From Carcharhinus amblyrhynchos (taxonomy: Eukaryota): DNA of 64,000 nucleotides. A program made the translations under genes and the position numbers. The stretch spans positions 111,848,001 through 111,912,000 of the forward strand of contig OZ336870.1 of NCBI GenBank assembly GCA_965287045.1, in the 5' to 3' direction. This document shows, in pieces, positions 49,250 to 62,159 of this stretch. Under the pieces are notes generated by a model. That model was not told the origin of the DNA and searched no databases. It was given only the letters and a program-made list of their open reading frames with translations. Within the stretch, counting starts at the first letter, position 1; every line of letters begins with the position of its first letter.

Positions 49250-50560
49250 TTCCCAGAACTTAATGTTTGGACCCTCCAATCATGCATCTGCCCCTGCCAC
49301 AGTACCAAAAAGACACTTGTCAAAGTCTCAAATGACATCCTATGTGATTGTGACAAAGGTAATCTGTTCCTTCTTGTCCTTCTTATCTCGCCTCTAGCCT
49401 TTGGCATGGTTGACTAGAGCACTCTCCTCCAACATCCTCCACTGTTCGACTAGGTGGGACTGCACTCAACTTATTCTATCTTTAACTATAGTTAGAATAT
49501 GACTTTCAACTCTTCCTGCTCTGTTCCACTGTTACCAATGGTGTCCCTCCTATTTCTCATCTACATGCTACTCCTCCATGACATTACCTGTAAACACATC
49601 AGTTTCCACGTGTATCCTGACTCTACCTCACTACCATCTCTCCCGATCCCTCCATCACCCCAATTCTATCACCCTGCCTGCCACAGAATCAGAGCGGGCG
49701 AGGGGCAGACAATGGAAATATCCGTTGTCCTCAGGTGGGATTTTCTGGTCTCATGCAAGCGAGGCTGTAAAATCCCGTCCCATGTCTTTAAATTGTCAGG
49801 CTGCTTTGATAACATCCAGTACTGGACTAGGAGAAATTTTTTCCAGTTAATTATTGGCAAGACTGAAGCAGTATCTTCGATGCCCGCCACAGACTCTGCC
49901 CTCTCACCATACATCGCCCTGGCGACTGCCTGAGACTGAACCAGATTGCCTGATCATTTGATCCTGAGATGAACTTTCAACCATCAATCTTTGCCATCAT
50001 TAAGACCATCCATGGCTACCTCTGTTACATCCTTCGCCTCCACCCCTGTCTTAGCTTTTCTGCTGCTGAATCTCCCATTCGTGTTTATGCTAGCTCCAGA
50101 CTTGATTATTCAAGTGCGTTCCTATCTGGCCTTCCACTTTCTACTCTGCATAAACTTGAGATCATGGAAAACTCATACTTACACCAAAAGCCTTTCATCC
50201 GTGACCCCCTGCTTACTGATCCACATAGTATCCCACTTAAAAAATACCTCTACTTCAAAACTCTCACCTTTGTTTCCAAATCCATCCTTGGTTTGACCCT
50301 CTTTCTGCCTCTGTAATCTCGCCCATCCACACAACCCTCCGAGATACCTGCACTCCTCTAATTCTGGAGCATCCCTGATTTTAATTTTCCACCATTGGTG
50401 GATGTGCCTTCAGCTGATAAGCCCAAAGCACTGGAATTCCCATCTTAAACCTCTCCACATCTCTACTTGCTTTCTCCCTTAAGACACTCCTTAAATCCTA
50501 CCTCATTGACCAAACTTTTGGTCATCTGTCCTATTTCCTTATGTGGGCTAGCATCATATT
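49250..50560 (+). mobile_element. L2 LINE RT/3' remnant with a MITE at about 49655-49781
   Basis: QSCICPCHSTKKTLVKVSNDILCDCDKGNLFLLVLL (compare QSGFR..HSTETAL.KVTND), NFFQLIIGKTEA, SRLDYSSAFLSGLP. Confidence 0.85.
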
Positions 50561-50584
50561 TTGTTCTATAATACTCTTGTTATG

Positions 50585-51110
50585 TTTTTTTATGGGACAT
50601 TGGCATCGCTGGCTAACCAGCATTTATTGCCCATCCCTAGTTGCCCCGATTGATACAACAGAATGGCTTGCTAGACCATTTCACAGGACAATTGAGAGTC
50701 AAACAAATTGCTGTGGCTCTGGAATCACATGTAGGCCAGATGAGGTAAGGACAGCAGATTTCCTTCCCTAAAGAAATTAGTGATCCAGAAGTACGATGCA
50801 GGTTTGGGGGTGGGACATTATACAATGTAGCGTTAAGAGAGTGAGCCCTCCTCCCCTGCTCTCTGTAAAATTCAGCTTCATTTCAAAGGGTATTACTGAG
50901 AGTCCAGAGTCACATGTAGGGCAGACAAGTTAAAGATGGCACATTTCCTTCTCTGAGGATATTAGTGAACCAGTTGGATTTGATGACAATCTGGTTCATG
51001 ACCAAGCATTGCTGATAATAACTTTTTATTCCAGATTTATGTAATTAATCTGAATTTAATTTCCCCAGCTGCCATGGTGGGATTTGCATTCATGTCTCTA
51101 AATTATTAGT
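50585..51110 (-). mobile_element. tRNA-derived SINE (third family), two minus-strand pieces
   Basis: cagcatttattgcccatccctagttgccc...cacatgtaggccag...agatttccttccctaaa; second piece about 50890-51110. Confidence 0.75.
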
Positions 51111-51619
51111 CTAGGTTAATTCCAAACTCCAAATTGATTGCAATAGGACACATGTGAATAGATTCACATTTAAAGTAATGTGAAGCTCATCTGTGAAAGA
51201 TGTCAGCCATAGGAATTGGCCGTAATATTCCGTGGGTAAATTATCAAGGCTTATAAAGGGATAGAAATGGTAAATTAAGATTCTCACCAAGGGGTTAAAT
51301 TACCTCTCAGTCTCCATGGTAGTGCAGCTTCAGTTGATGGGCTTCTACTTGATGACCTCACTCTACAGGCATACATAAACCACACATCACAAACTCTACA
51401 TCTGTTTTTGACAGCGATCCAACTTAGCCCCTGGGGAGTGGTACAGAGCATTAAAGATGGACTAGTTGAGATTATAATGGATAATAAGCACATGGTAGAT
51501 TTGGGGCAAAATCTTACTCTTACCAAAAGATGGCTAAGTGCTGGCTTCTGTGAGAAAAATGGTGTTTCTCTTTGGAGATCAGACCAAAAAGTAACTCCCC
51601 CCACCACCCCACACCAAAC

Positions 51620-52026
51620 ACTTGTGAATGTAGCCCAGTTCATCATGCAAACCAGCCTCCCATCCATTGACTTTGTCTATGCTTCCCGCTGCCTCAGAAA
51701 AGCAGCCAGCATAATTAAGGGTCCCACGTACCTCTGACAAACTCAACTCCACTTTCTTCCATCAGGATAAAGATATAAAAGTCTGAGGTCATGTGCTAAC
51801 TGACTCAAGAACAGCTTCTTCCCTGTTGCCATCAGACTTTCGAATGGACATACCTCACATTAAGTTGATCTTTCTCTGCACCTTAGCTATGACTGTTAAT
51901 ACTACATTCTGCACTCTCGTCTTTCTTTCTTTATGAATGATATGCTTTGTCTGTATAGCGCACAAGAAACAATACTTTTCACCATATGATAATACATGTG
52001 ACAATAATAAATCAAATCAAATCAAA
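51620..52026 (+). mobile_element. Rex1/Babar LINE 3' fragment
   Basis: VNVAQFIMQTSLPSIDFVYASRCLRKAASIIK; tail aataataaatcaaatcaaatcaaa. Confidence 0.9.
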
Positions 52027-55000
52027 GGTCTCAAGAGCTTCCCCCTGCCGCCTGATCAGAGTTGGCATTCACTCCTGGCGATTGGAGCCAGCATTCACTA
52101 CTCCCCTCCCATCAACTCTCCCCAGCAGTCAGTGCGCCCTCACCCATTCTTCCTGAACAGCAAACCCCTTCCTCCGACTCTGCCCCCCCCCCCACCCCCA
52201 CCCCCAACCGTCTACACAGTCACTGCTGGCACCCCACTCTCTTCCTCCCCTGAATATCAAACTGTTGCCCCTCACCCAGATAGCCATTGCTGGCATCCCA
52301 ACTCCCACACCCAACACCCCCGCCTGCCCGCACGACCACTGGTAAATGATTCCCCCCTGCCCCGCCCCCGTCCCCATGAGGTTCCCACTAGGGTCCATCC
52401 CAGGCGCTGCCCCATGGCACAGGTTGGCACCATGACAATCTGGCAGTGCCAGACTGTGCCAAGGAGTGGTGCCAGGGGACATTGCCAGAACACTCTCTGA
52501 CCTTGTCCATCTCCCCCAGGGGCTGTACTCACCTTTACACTCCCAAGGGGATCCCCATGACAGGTTCACAGCTGAGTGAACCTAGCGAGGTTTCAAAAAA
52601 TGTCTCGGCCTTAAAACATGGTGGGTTCTTTCTTAATATGGTAATGTATTGAAGTGTGTTTCAACCAGGTTCACTCCTGTTGTGAGAATGAACCTGATTA
52701 CATCGCCAGTGAGGGGCAGGGAAGGTTGGAGACTTTTGGGTTTTGTTGGATCTTGACCAGTGAGCTTGGAGCCAAGAGCGCCCCTGTTTTCACAGTGGAG
52801 GAAGAGGACAGAATATCTCAGGTAGAAGGCAGTCTGAAAAATGAGTTCAGTGGAATAATTACCTGGATATGAGCGTGATAGACACATCTCCATGAAGTAA
52901 TGGATTCTGCCCCAGGGTTTGAAAGAAAATAGTTGAGGAGATTGCAAATGTATTATTCATAATTTTACAAAGCGCTCCAGATTCTGGAGTTATCCCTGCG
53001 AATTGGAAAATTTGATATGCTGCTCCATTACTTAAGTAGGGATGCTGTGCAGTACAAAATGAAAGAAAGTTATATTATAAGGACAGCTCATATAAAGTTT
53101 TATTCCTTCCCGTTTAGAAGGTTGATGGATGGGTGTTCAAAATCATAAAGGATTCGGTGGGTCAGACACATAAGCCGTTTCATCCAATGGAGCAACCCAG
53201 AGTATGATTAGAGCTTAGCCATGGTGCTGAGGGGTGGGGGTGTGGGGGTGGGGGTGGTTTGCCACCTGTTTGGCTTGGGCCTCTTACACTGCTGGTTAAA
53301 TGCTGACCAAGTGGGCATTAATTGCCCTCTAAAGATATCATTTGGTCCACTGGTGAGCAGGTCACCAAATGCTACTCCCTCTTGTGTTGTGGCAGGGATA
53401 GGGATAGACAATGAGCAAGCCACTTGTTGGATCCCGCTTGCCTCCCGTGCTTTCAAACCAGCTTTCAAACCTGTCCCTGTGTCCAGCACAGCTTAGATCA
53501 GAAATTGAACAGAATGGGGGTCGGAACTTGGGAAACAATGACAATGAGCTGCTGTGCTGCAATGCTTAATCATATTACGGTGTTCTCTCTAATTCTTCTA
53601 TTCAGTTAGCTTTTAATTTAAATTGCTCTATTTCTATTGAAGCCATATGATAGAATCTGTGTCTTTTTAAATGCTATTTGTGTAATGGTGGTATTTGAAC
53701 ATTAGGAGCTACATTGCTTAATATTAGTTTTGATTTCTTGACTCATAGGATAGAATTTAATATTTAATTTCCTCCCCTTGGTGAATTTGGTAGCGGGGAC
53801 ATCACATGGGAGGGGGCCCTGCTAACTGATCCCCCTAACCATGATTATGTCTGTGACGTGAAGGCCTTCCTGCCCCATTATGAATTGAGATCCTTAAGTG
53901 GGCAATTAATGTCCACTTAAGGACCTCATTTGGCTGCCACTTGTATTAACGCAGTGGCGAGCAGGGGGCTTACCATGCGGGGAGCGCAACAAGCTAATGT
54001 GTGCTTTGCCCCTGGGGAGGATGGGAGTGGTGTGGGCCCATACAAAGGCACAGTACCTGATCGAGATCCAGCATCATAAAGGGGGCCGAGTGGGTCTCGT
54101 TCTGTGCCCTGGCTGTAACCCCCTTTTCTGCCATGACCCTTACTCTGTGACTACCTTCTCATCGTCACTCCTCTGTGGCCTGCGATCCATCAGTGGCCTC
54201 AGGTGGCTGTCATACCAGCAGCAGTCACCGCTTCCTTGCTGTGCACAGAGCTCCCAACCCCCGATTTCCTTGATGCTGGGGAAGACCTGCTGCTGCCCAG
54301 TTCAGTTGGTCTTTCTGAAAAGAGGCAACATTACTGTCTCTCTCCAGCCAGTGTGCAAGTCCCCATCGCCTCCATTAAACACTACACTTAATCTTATTAG
54401 TGCTTCTCAAGTCTGATTCAGTTTTGGTGCTACCTTGTGGTGAACCAAATTACTCTCCTCCAAATAATTTCTCTCACACGAGTTGCTGCACAATGACTGA
54501 CTGATTGCATCCTGATCTTTGTCAACAAAAACAACTCCAATCAGCTGTCTGATGTGCACCCCGCAGACAATAGCAATGGCCCTTGTTGCCCAGGGAGCTT
54601 TATCTCACTATGTCTTGACAGAGCAGGATTATCTATGTTGACCTCTTTTCAGCTGCAAGTAAGTAGTAATGATGGGGGAGAGAAAAACAGAAATGGAAGC
54701 ATGCTTCTCTCTATGCTGGGGTTTGTATTTCTCCCCAGTTGTTCACAATCATGTTATTTTGTGATACTGTCATTATGAAAACAATACACTTAAAGTTTAT
54801 GCCTGCCTTTGGGCAAAAGTAAAATGGTGCGTGGATTATTTAATGAAACCATTTGTACAGCCATTGCTGTATTGCCTACAAGTACTATTAGATACAAGAC
54901 TATTAGATACTGTAGCTTGAAAGACTTGCACGAATGAGAAAACTCATGAAATCATGTGGAGTTTTCCATTGCCTTTCGTACGCGCACAATAATTCTGTGA

Positions 55001-55804
55001 TATCAGGTATTTAATTCGTAGCCCAAGCTCAATGCCACCGTTTATTCAAGCAAACCGGCATTATAATTTTAGATTAGTTGCAGTTGGAAAGACTTGAACT
55101 CTGATAGAGGTCAGCATTCCAACCTGCTCACCATTGGCTGTGATGAGCTTTAGTAGTTCTCAGTTGCTGCAGTAGTGAGAGCAAACAGATGGCTGGACAT
55201 TAGACAAGTAATGAAGGGAAAGAGAGGGGAAAAATGCCAAAAATAACACTGCAGTCTTTTCTCCACACAAACATTAGTTTGTTATCAATTTAACAATGTG
55301 ACACATTTCTTCCTGATGGCATTGCTGCTTGTTGTGAAAATTGCTCAGGCGTAAGTTAGTCTGTTTAGGGACATCCAGAAAGTATTTGTGAAGATTCATT
55401 TGAGGTACTTCTCATGTAAATGTATTCTTTTTGGATGTTTCAAAAATGTCACCAGAAGCATCCGAGAATCACAAGCATTTTTACAATGCACTAAAGGAAC
55501 AGCAGTGGAATTCTTTCCCCAGATTCCTACTGTTGAGCAGATTTATATCGTTTCAATGAATATCTAACAATCAATGTATGCAAATTTCTTTCTAACTTTA
55601 TGCAGATAGTGGATTAGATTAGGATGCAGTGTAATAGGTACAATTTAGTGATGTTATATTTTTAAACTCGAGGCAAAATCTGTAATTTGGCACTTATTAG
55701 AAATATATTTATGTATGACTGCAGAGTTGCCCCCTTATAAAGTTTGCCACAGAGTGAAGGCAGCACAGGAGGAACTGTGGCAGCACCATTCACGTGAACA
55801 CACT

Positions 55805-55950
55805 GGGCTGGGTTATCCGGCTATTCATCACCACTCCGCGAGAATGCCAGCTGCCAGCAAGAATGGAGAATTTTGCCACTCAGGCAAATCTCCATTCACA
55901 GTATCGGGACTGGAGAATCCCAGCTGCAGGTGAGCTCGGAGAATTCTGGC
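55805..55950. mobile_element. Harbinger-like MITE
   Basis: gggctgggttatccg ... cggagaattctggcc termini; internal atggaga.ttt / aaatctccatt palindrome shared with the 15289, 35900 and about 57930-58070 copies. Confidence 0.6.
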
Positions 55951-55952
55951 CA

Positions 55953-56690
55953 CAAATTAGGAACAGGATGCCATTCAGCTCCTTGGGCCTGCACCGCCAT
56001 TCATCAAGATCATGGCTGTTCTGATTGTGGCCTCAACTCCACATTCCTACTGCCCCAATATCCTTTGACTCCCCTGTTGGTCAAAAATTGATCAACCACT
56101 GCCTTAAAAAGATTGATTGACCCTGCCATCTCTGAAAAAGAGTTCCAAGGTTTCACAACCTCTGAGAGCAATTTCTTCTCATCTCAATCTTAAATGGGAG
56201 AGTCTTTATTTTTAAACTGTGCCCCATAGTTCCAGTCTCTTTAACAAGAGGACACATCTTTTCAGCACCCACGCTGTCCCTTCAGAATGACACAGTGGCA
56301 CAGTTAGCACTGCTGCTTCACAGTGCTGGGACCCGGCTTCAATTCCAGCCTTGGTTGACTGTGCGGAGTTTGCATATTCTCCACGTGTCTGTATGGGTTT
56401 CCTCTCACAGTCCTAAGATGTGCGGGTTAAATGGATTGGCCATGCTAAATTGCCTCTTAGTGTCAGGAAAATTAGCAGGATAAGTACACAGGATTAAGGG
56501 GATAGGGACTGGATAGGATTGTTGTTGGTGCAGACCCGATGGGCCAAATGGCCTCTTTCTGCATTGTAGGGATTCTATTCTCAGATCACTCTCATTCAAC
56601 TCCAGTAGATACAGTCACAGCCTGCGCAAACTTTCCTCATAATTTAACCCAATCCCCATTCCAGATATCAGAAACTTCTCCAAGCCGTTT
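55953..56690 (-). mobile_element. CR1 LINE 3' end (minus) interrupted by an HE1 SINE (+, about 56290-56580)
   Basis: attaggaacagga.gccattcag...aagatcatggctg...; the CR1 resumes after 56580 (agatcactctcatt...aactccagtagatacag). Confidence 0.8.
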
Positions 56691-57095
56691 TTGAGGAGTG
56701 ATGACAGTTCTTTCTTTGATCTTAATTGATCAATTTCCTCCCCTTTAAGCCCATCTGATCGGCGGTTCAGTTTCATGTTTCCAAGTAACCTTCCATTATA
56801 AAGAAGCCATTTTCATATATATAATGGCTGTTGATAGGTTATTCAGGTTGGGATAAAGTATTGGGGTTGGTAGAACACCCTTCAACTCAAGTCCGTCCAA
56901 TTTCCAGCAAGCGTCTCCAAATATCCACAAGGAGTTCTGCACGTTAACCAGATGATCTTTTCAATTATGAACAGTGAAGGAAATATTTTGTTTACGTGCC
57001 TCAATGAGGCATTGGCATCCGCAGTATTTCACGTCTTGTAGAATTATCTGGCGACTGACTTTTACGATTATGTGTTCTTTTCTTTTCTGTGGCAG

Positions 57096-57308
57096 TTACA
57101 TCGGAAAACTATGCACCAGGTGACTCAGAATCTGATTCGGAAGCTTGCTACCCTTAACCAGTACGAAGAAGTTCTCTCAAAGTTAAATGCATCCGTCACA
57201 GACCGACTGACTGTGCTAAAGACCAAGCCACAATCCATTCAGAGAGATATAGTGACCATCTGCAGTGATCCATACACTTTAGCTCAGCAGCTTACACATG
57301 TAGAACTG
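57096..57308 (+). CDS. RASGEF1B: RasGEF1B-like coding exon 4 (leading into the CDC25 homology domain)
   Basis: ttcttttcttttctgtggcag acceptor; LHRKTMHQVTQNLIRKLATLNQYEEVLSKLNASVTDRLTVLKTKPQSIQRDIVTICSDPYTLAQQLTHVEL; donor CTG|gttagt; 213 nt. Confidence 0.95.
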
Positions 57309-58382
57309 GTTAGTGCTTCCTACATTTTTTATTATGTATTTTAATAAACCACTGGGTTCTGTTTAAAAGTGAAGAAAAAGCTTCTGCATTTTGTCCTTTT
57401 TAAATTTTTTATGGTATTTTTGACTCATTTTTTCAGCACTTAAGCCTCTATTCCCTAAGCTTTGGAGGTTTATGTTCACTGAGGTTTTGTGGAGAAGTGT
57501 GTGGATCTAGAAGGGAATAAGAGTCATTTAACATCATGGTTACAGTGTGTAAATGATGATTGTTACAATTGCATATTGTGTTGATGTTTCCTGAAATAGC
57601 AAACTCAAATGTTGCCATTTGGAGCTCAGTACCCTCCTGTTTATTTAGCAACATTAAGTATCACCGCAGACTGAATTAATTCAATGAAGATGGCTCAAAA
57701 ATATGAAGCAGTAAATTAGCACAGGAGATTAGCAATTCAAATAGGGTGGGGTTAGCAATTTTGGAGGGGCTACATAATCTCCATTAGATGGCAAGCAAGC
57801 AGATGGGGAGCAGTTCTGCTCACAACCCATTTTATCTCGAGTGGGGAAATGGTTGGGATGATAATCGTTGGTAGCTGACTTGCTTAGGTTTAGACGTGGT
57901 TCCCGAAGACCCATATGACACAATGACCTGCAACTCTCTGCCACTGGCCTTGGTCCATCACAGTCTCTTTTATTCCAGCCCAGGTAGTGCACCATGCTGC
58001 CAGCAAGAATGTGGAGTTTGGTGCTCAGGCATACCTCCACTCTCTGCAGTGGGAGCGGAGAATCCCAGCCCTGTTTGCCCATATTAAGAGCAACCTTCAG
58101 ATGTGTTACATGACAGCTGATATAAGTTACATGAGGAAGGATTGAACTGAACTGCTTTTTGGCTTATATTTGTGAAGACTGATTTTTTTTTAATTGTTTA
58201 CAGATCAAGCTTAAATTTTTGTATAGTTTTACATTAGCCCACAGGTGACATCACGCAATCTTTTGACCCTGATTCAAGAAAAAGAATCTGAAAATAATTA
58301 GGAAACATTCATGGTTCATAAAATATGAGCATGTTGATGTATTAAGTTTGGCTTGCCATTGATATTGAGTTTATTTCTGCAG

Positions 58383-58457
58383 GAACGACTCAGTCATATT
58401 GGACCTGAGGAATTTGTTCAAGCCTTTGTGCACAAAGACACTTTAGACAACAACAAG
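58383..58457 (+). CDS. RASGEF1B: RasGEF1B-like coding exon 5 (gene continues past the window end)
   Basis: ttatttctgcag acceptor; ERLSHIGPEEFVQAFVHKDTLDNNK; donor AAG|gtacgg; 75 nt. Confidence 0.95.
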
Positions 58458-58977
58458 GTACGGTTTCTCTCTGTGATTACAAACTAACACTGTCCTCAAT
58501 GCTCTTCAGCTCAAGTGCCTCTCAGCAGTTGTACTTACAGCCTGCTTTTAATGTCTCTTTTTCATCTCAACATTTCTGCCATTTTTGATCTACTTCCATT
58601 AACATTTCAAACAGAACACCCTTGTCAAGCAACTTTTGATCTCTGTTCATTTCTGAACTGAGGTGTTGACAAAGGAAAATCCTCCCAGGACAGGATATAG
58701 AGCCTGCTCCATTTGCCACAAAGCCACAAGCAGCCTTTTAGTGTAGAGTAAGATCCCTGCCCCATTGTAAACCAGAAAGGATAATAAAGAGAAAATAAGA
58801 GTTTGATTTCATTTCAGGCTATGAAGAGGCAGAGAGTTTATGAACATTTTAAAAAGAGAATTGAATAAATATTTGATAACAAAAAAGAAAAAGATAGATA
58901 CCTCCTGACAGAGGTGCAATGGGCTGAATGGCCTCCTTCCACGTTGCAAATTTTCTATGTTTGCTGCTAAAGAAGTA

Positions 58978-59186
58978 GGCTGGAATTCTCCAGCTGTTCA
59001 TGCCAGTCGGACTCTCCAGTCCCGCCAGCAGCACATTCCTACCCGCGGGTTCCCCGCTGATGTGGGGTGACATCAATGGGAATTCCCATTGATAGCAGCA
59101 GGACCAGAGAATCCTTCCGCTAGGAAACAATTCGCCACCTCTCGCCGGCGGGAAACACGTAGCTGGGAGGCTGGAGAATCTCGCCC
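58978..59186. mobile_element. Harbinger-like MITE
   Basis: TIRs ggctggaattctccagc / gctggagaatctcgccc; internal perfect palindrome atcaatgggaattcccattgat. Confidence 0.75.
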
Positions 59187-60769
59187 ATTAACATCGGGAC
59201 AGGTCTCGTATGTCAAATGATCTTTTTTGCTTTATATTCATCATTCTGATAGGTCAGACATGTATGGATAAAATACCTCCCATTTAAAGACTGTTAGCAA
59301 ATGCAAAGTCCAACGTGACATTTAGCCAAAGACACCAGGAAAGGTTCAGTCACTGTTTCTTTATCTCGACCAGGGGCAGTGGCAATGAGGGGTGCATTTT
59401 GTCTCTGTATCTTTTAGTAATGGGACAAAAGAAAAAAGCCATGATTCTTACTCCTGCTTATTGTCCAGTGACTGTTGCTGAAGGTGCAAGTGGGTAGAGT
59501 TAAAGATCCTACCAGGCTGTAATGCGGATAAAGAGTCTGAGACATGAACAGCTGAAGCTTGGTCTGCCACAATGGTCAGTCTGCTGAGCTATCCGCCTGC
59601 GGCACCGCACTGCAACACAAACCAGGGCTTCAGGAAGAAAAGGAAACAAAACAGGAGGGGAAAATGTGTGTCGAACGTGTTCTCTCTTTATTTCCTTAAC
59701 CATTTTCATTGGTGAATTTTAATGGGCGCCCCTGAATTTGGAAAGTACACATCACAGCATCCTGCAGAATTGTAAACAGCTGTACTTATTTCAAACTTGT
59801 TTTCAACATAAAACTCCTGATTATGCAACCCTCAACCTGCAAATACTACACTTTGGACAATATTTAATGGGGTTTGAAGGAGTGGGAAACATGGTGGATG
59901 GAATTTATTCAGAGGAAGCCGTCGAGTTTCCTCACATTGGGTTGAGTTTGAGAAATTCTGTAGGTGGTGTGCCAGCAGTGGTGTGGGAACCACCTTGCTC
60001 AGTGGCGAGAACTGTGTATTTGCATTCATTGAGGACCAAATTATGTCCAACCATCAAGGTTAAATCAGGGGCTCACAGGAAACTTGTGCCCCTTTTCCCC
60101 CTCAGTTTAAAAGTGGCATGCACCAGGCAAGGTTGTTCAATCCTTGGATTTGAGGTAGGATTTTGTCTTTGTCTAAATCAGCAGCATATGGGAGGAAAAA
60201 CTGGGAGGTTCAATAAGGCAAGGCTAAGGGCTGGGGAGAGGATGCTGGTGGTCAGCTCCCTAAACAGGGCAACAGTTGTGCTGGCAAGAGAGGGGCAGCA
60301 CTCAGGTCCTTAGAAGGCAGAACAGCATGGCATTGGCATGTGTGGAGGTTGGAGTGGTGGAGGAGGTGTCTGGAGGGAGCCAGGTTCCAGCCTATATGGT
60401 GGGGTCCATCACTGTAACGCTGTAATCCTCTGTGTCCAAGGGAGGCAGCTGTACCACATATTCTAGTTTAAATAATCAGGGAAGGGACATTAGCTGTGAA
60501 GCTGGGTAGGTCCTGCTAAAGGGAGGACTGATCACTGGTCTCCAATGGAAGGTTGAAGGTTACTGAACTGCGTAAAGGGGAAGGCTCCAGGATGACGGCA
60601 GGGATGTCGAGTGAGAGGGAGGGTTGAGGATGAGAGATGGAAGGTTAAGGATCTCTGACTTTGGTCAAGGATATTGGATACTTGAGGAAAAGAACAGGCT
60701 AATGTTGGGATGAAGGAAAAAAGCATGAAGGTGACAGAGGGAGGATGGCGGTAATTGGGCTGCAGGGTC

Positions 60770-61480
60770 ATATTGTGTGTGTCTGTCAGTATGGCTGCTA
60801 AGAAAGTTCGAGTTTACAGGAGATGAGCTGGAAGCCATTGTGGAACGGGACGAGTTCTGTGTGTGGATGGCTCTTGCTTCCCCATTGGTCAAGTACAACT
60901 GCCCTATGAATGAAGCAAAGCCTGCCTTCTTCACACTGTTTACTTGGGGGATTTGCAAAATGGGTCTGATACTTCCAGTTTTATTTGCAAACTCAGGCAG
61001 TGGAGAAGAGGATTCAGCAGAGAATGGCCTTGTCTGCACAAGGAAAGAGTTTCACTCCCTCAACTTCCAACTGAGCAGGCTCGTGCTTGTTTCCCAGGTT
61101 GTTCTCTTGACTCATACATTTCATGGAACTCCCAGCTACCACAGCCTATTGGAGGGTTGGATCCTGAGTGATGGGGGTTATCCCATGAGGACGTGGCTCA
61201 TGACACCATTGCGTTATCCCCAAAGCTCCACAGAGGAATGTCACAATGCAACACACAGAGGGGCCAGGGCAACTATAGAGCAATCTGAAAATATATTTCC
61301 ACTGCCTTGACTGGTGTAGCATTGCAATTCACACAACACAGAGTGTCCAGGATTGTCCCAGTTTGCTGTGTCCAGCGTTGTAGTACAAACCGGCAGGAAT
61401 TGTCATGTGAGGCCATGGAGGAAATGTGAATCTCCTCGGATGATGATGATGAGAGAAAGGAATATGAGGAAGAGAACAAA
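60770..61480 (+). pseudogene. PIF/Harbinger DDE transposase remnant (frameshifted)
   Basis: RKEFHSLNFQL; ACFPGCSLDSYI (compare ARFPGS.HDS.I); GWILSDGGYPMRTWLMTPLRYPQSSTEECHNATHRGARATIEQ; FHCLD; acidic tail (gat)n. Confidence 0.88.
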
Positions 61481-62159
61481 GATATCATGGCTCCTCCAAA
61501 ATGGCAGAGACTTGTAAAGATGTGCCAGTGTTGTCAGAGCCAACTTCATCTTTAATCGTTTTCCAATTACATTACCATCGGTACCTGCAAACCTGTGCCT
61601 ACTGTGTGCCCATCTCTGCCAGCCTTTGTCTAGAGCTACCTCACTGCCCACATCCACTATCCCCTAGGTGGCCAAGGTGAGTCGATCTTTATCACACATG
61701 GTAAAAAGAGATGACTGCTCTCGAGGATACTAGCTTCACACAGGCACAAAAGTTGCTGAAGCTATTGAGGCATTTTTCTGCTCCTTGCTCACATTAGCAG
61801 GCCCATGAGTGCACAAGCAGCACATCACTCCTCACACTCGTACATAACCTTGGCCAATTTCCGTGGCCTGTCATTGATGGGAAAACCAGCAGGTACTGCA
61901 TGTTCAGTGATGCAGCATTGCCTTCAGAATACAAATCACACAACACACATTAACTTTCAATAAAGACAGGACTCTAACTGACTGCCCCATTGTTGCCAGC
62001 ACAAGTGAGATGTCCCTCAGTACCCTTCATTCAGCAATGATGCCAATCATGAAGCATGACAGTACAGTGTGCCCTCAAAATGAGGACATCCTAAAAATAT
62101 ACAATACACATAATACTCAATGACCAACATACAATATGATATATAAACTTGTGCATATG

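Noticed and set aside
51937-52569. 187-aa proline-rich ORF and antisense ORFs
   Set aside because: Begins in a Rex 3' UTR and runs through a C-rich non-autonomous transposon; low stop frequency follows from composition.
54884-54911. Tiny tandem duplications and simple repeats (actattagatac x2; also agccatggat x2 near 63128, (cag)n near 45886, poly-G at 3617)
   Set aside because: Ordinary slippage products with no evident function.
59738-60313. 191-aa ORF
   Set aside because: Non-ATG start, no recognisable domain, does not encode the expected next RasGEF1 exon, and sits at the edge of Harbinger-derived DNA.
60777-61310. Host HARBI1 gene
   Set aside because: Frameshifted and deleted catalytic region inside an intron; a transposon fossil.
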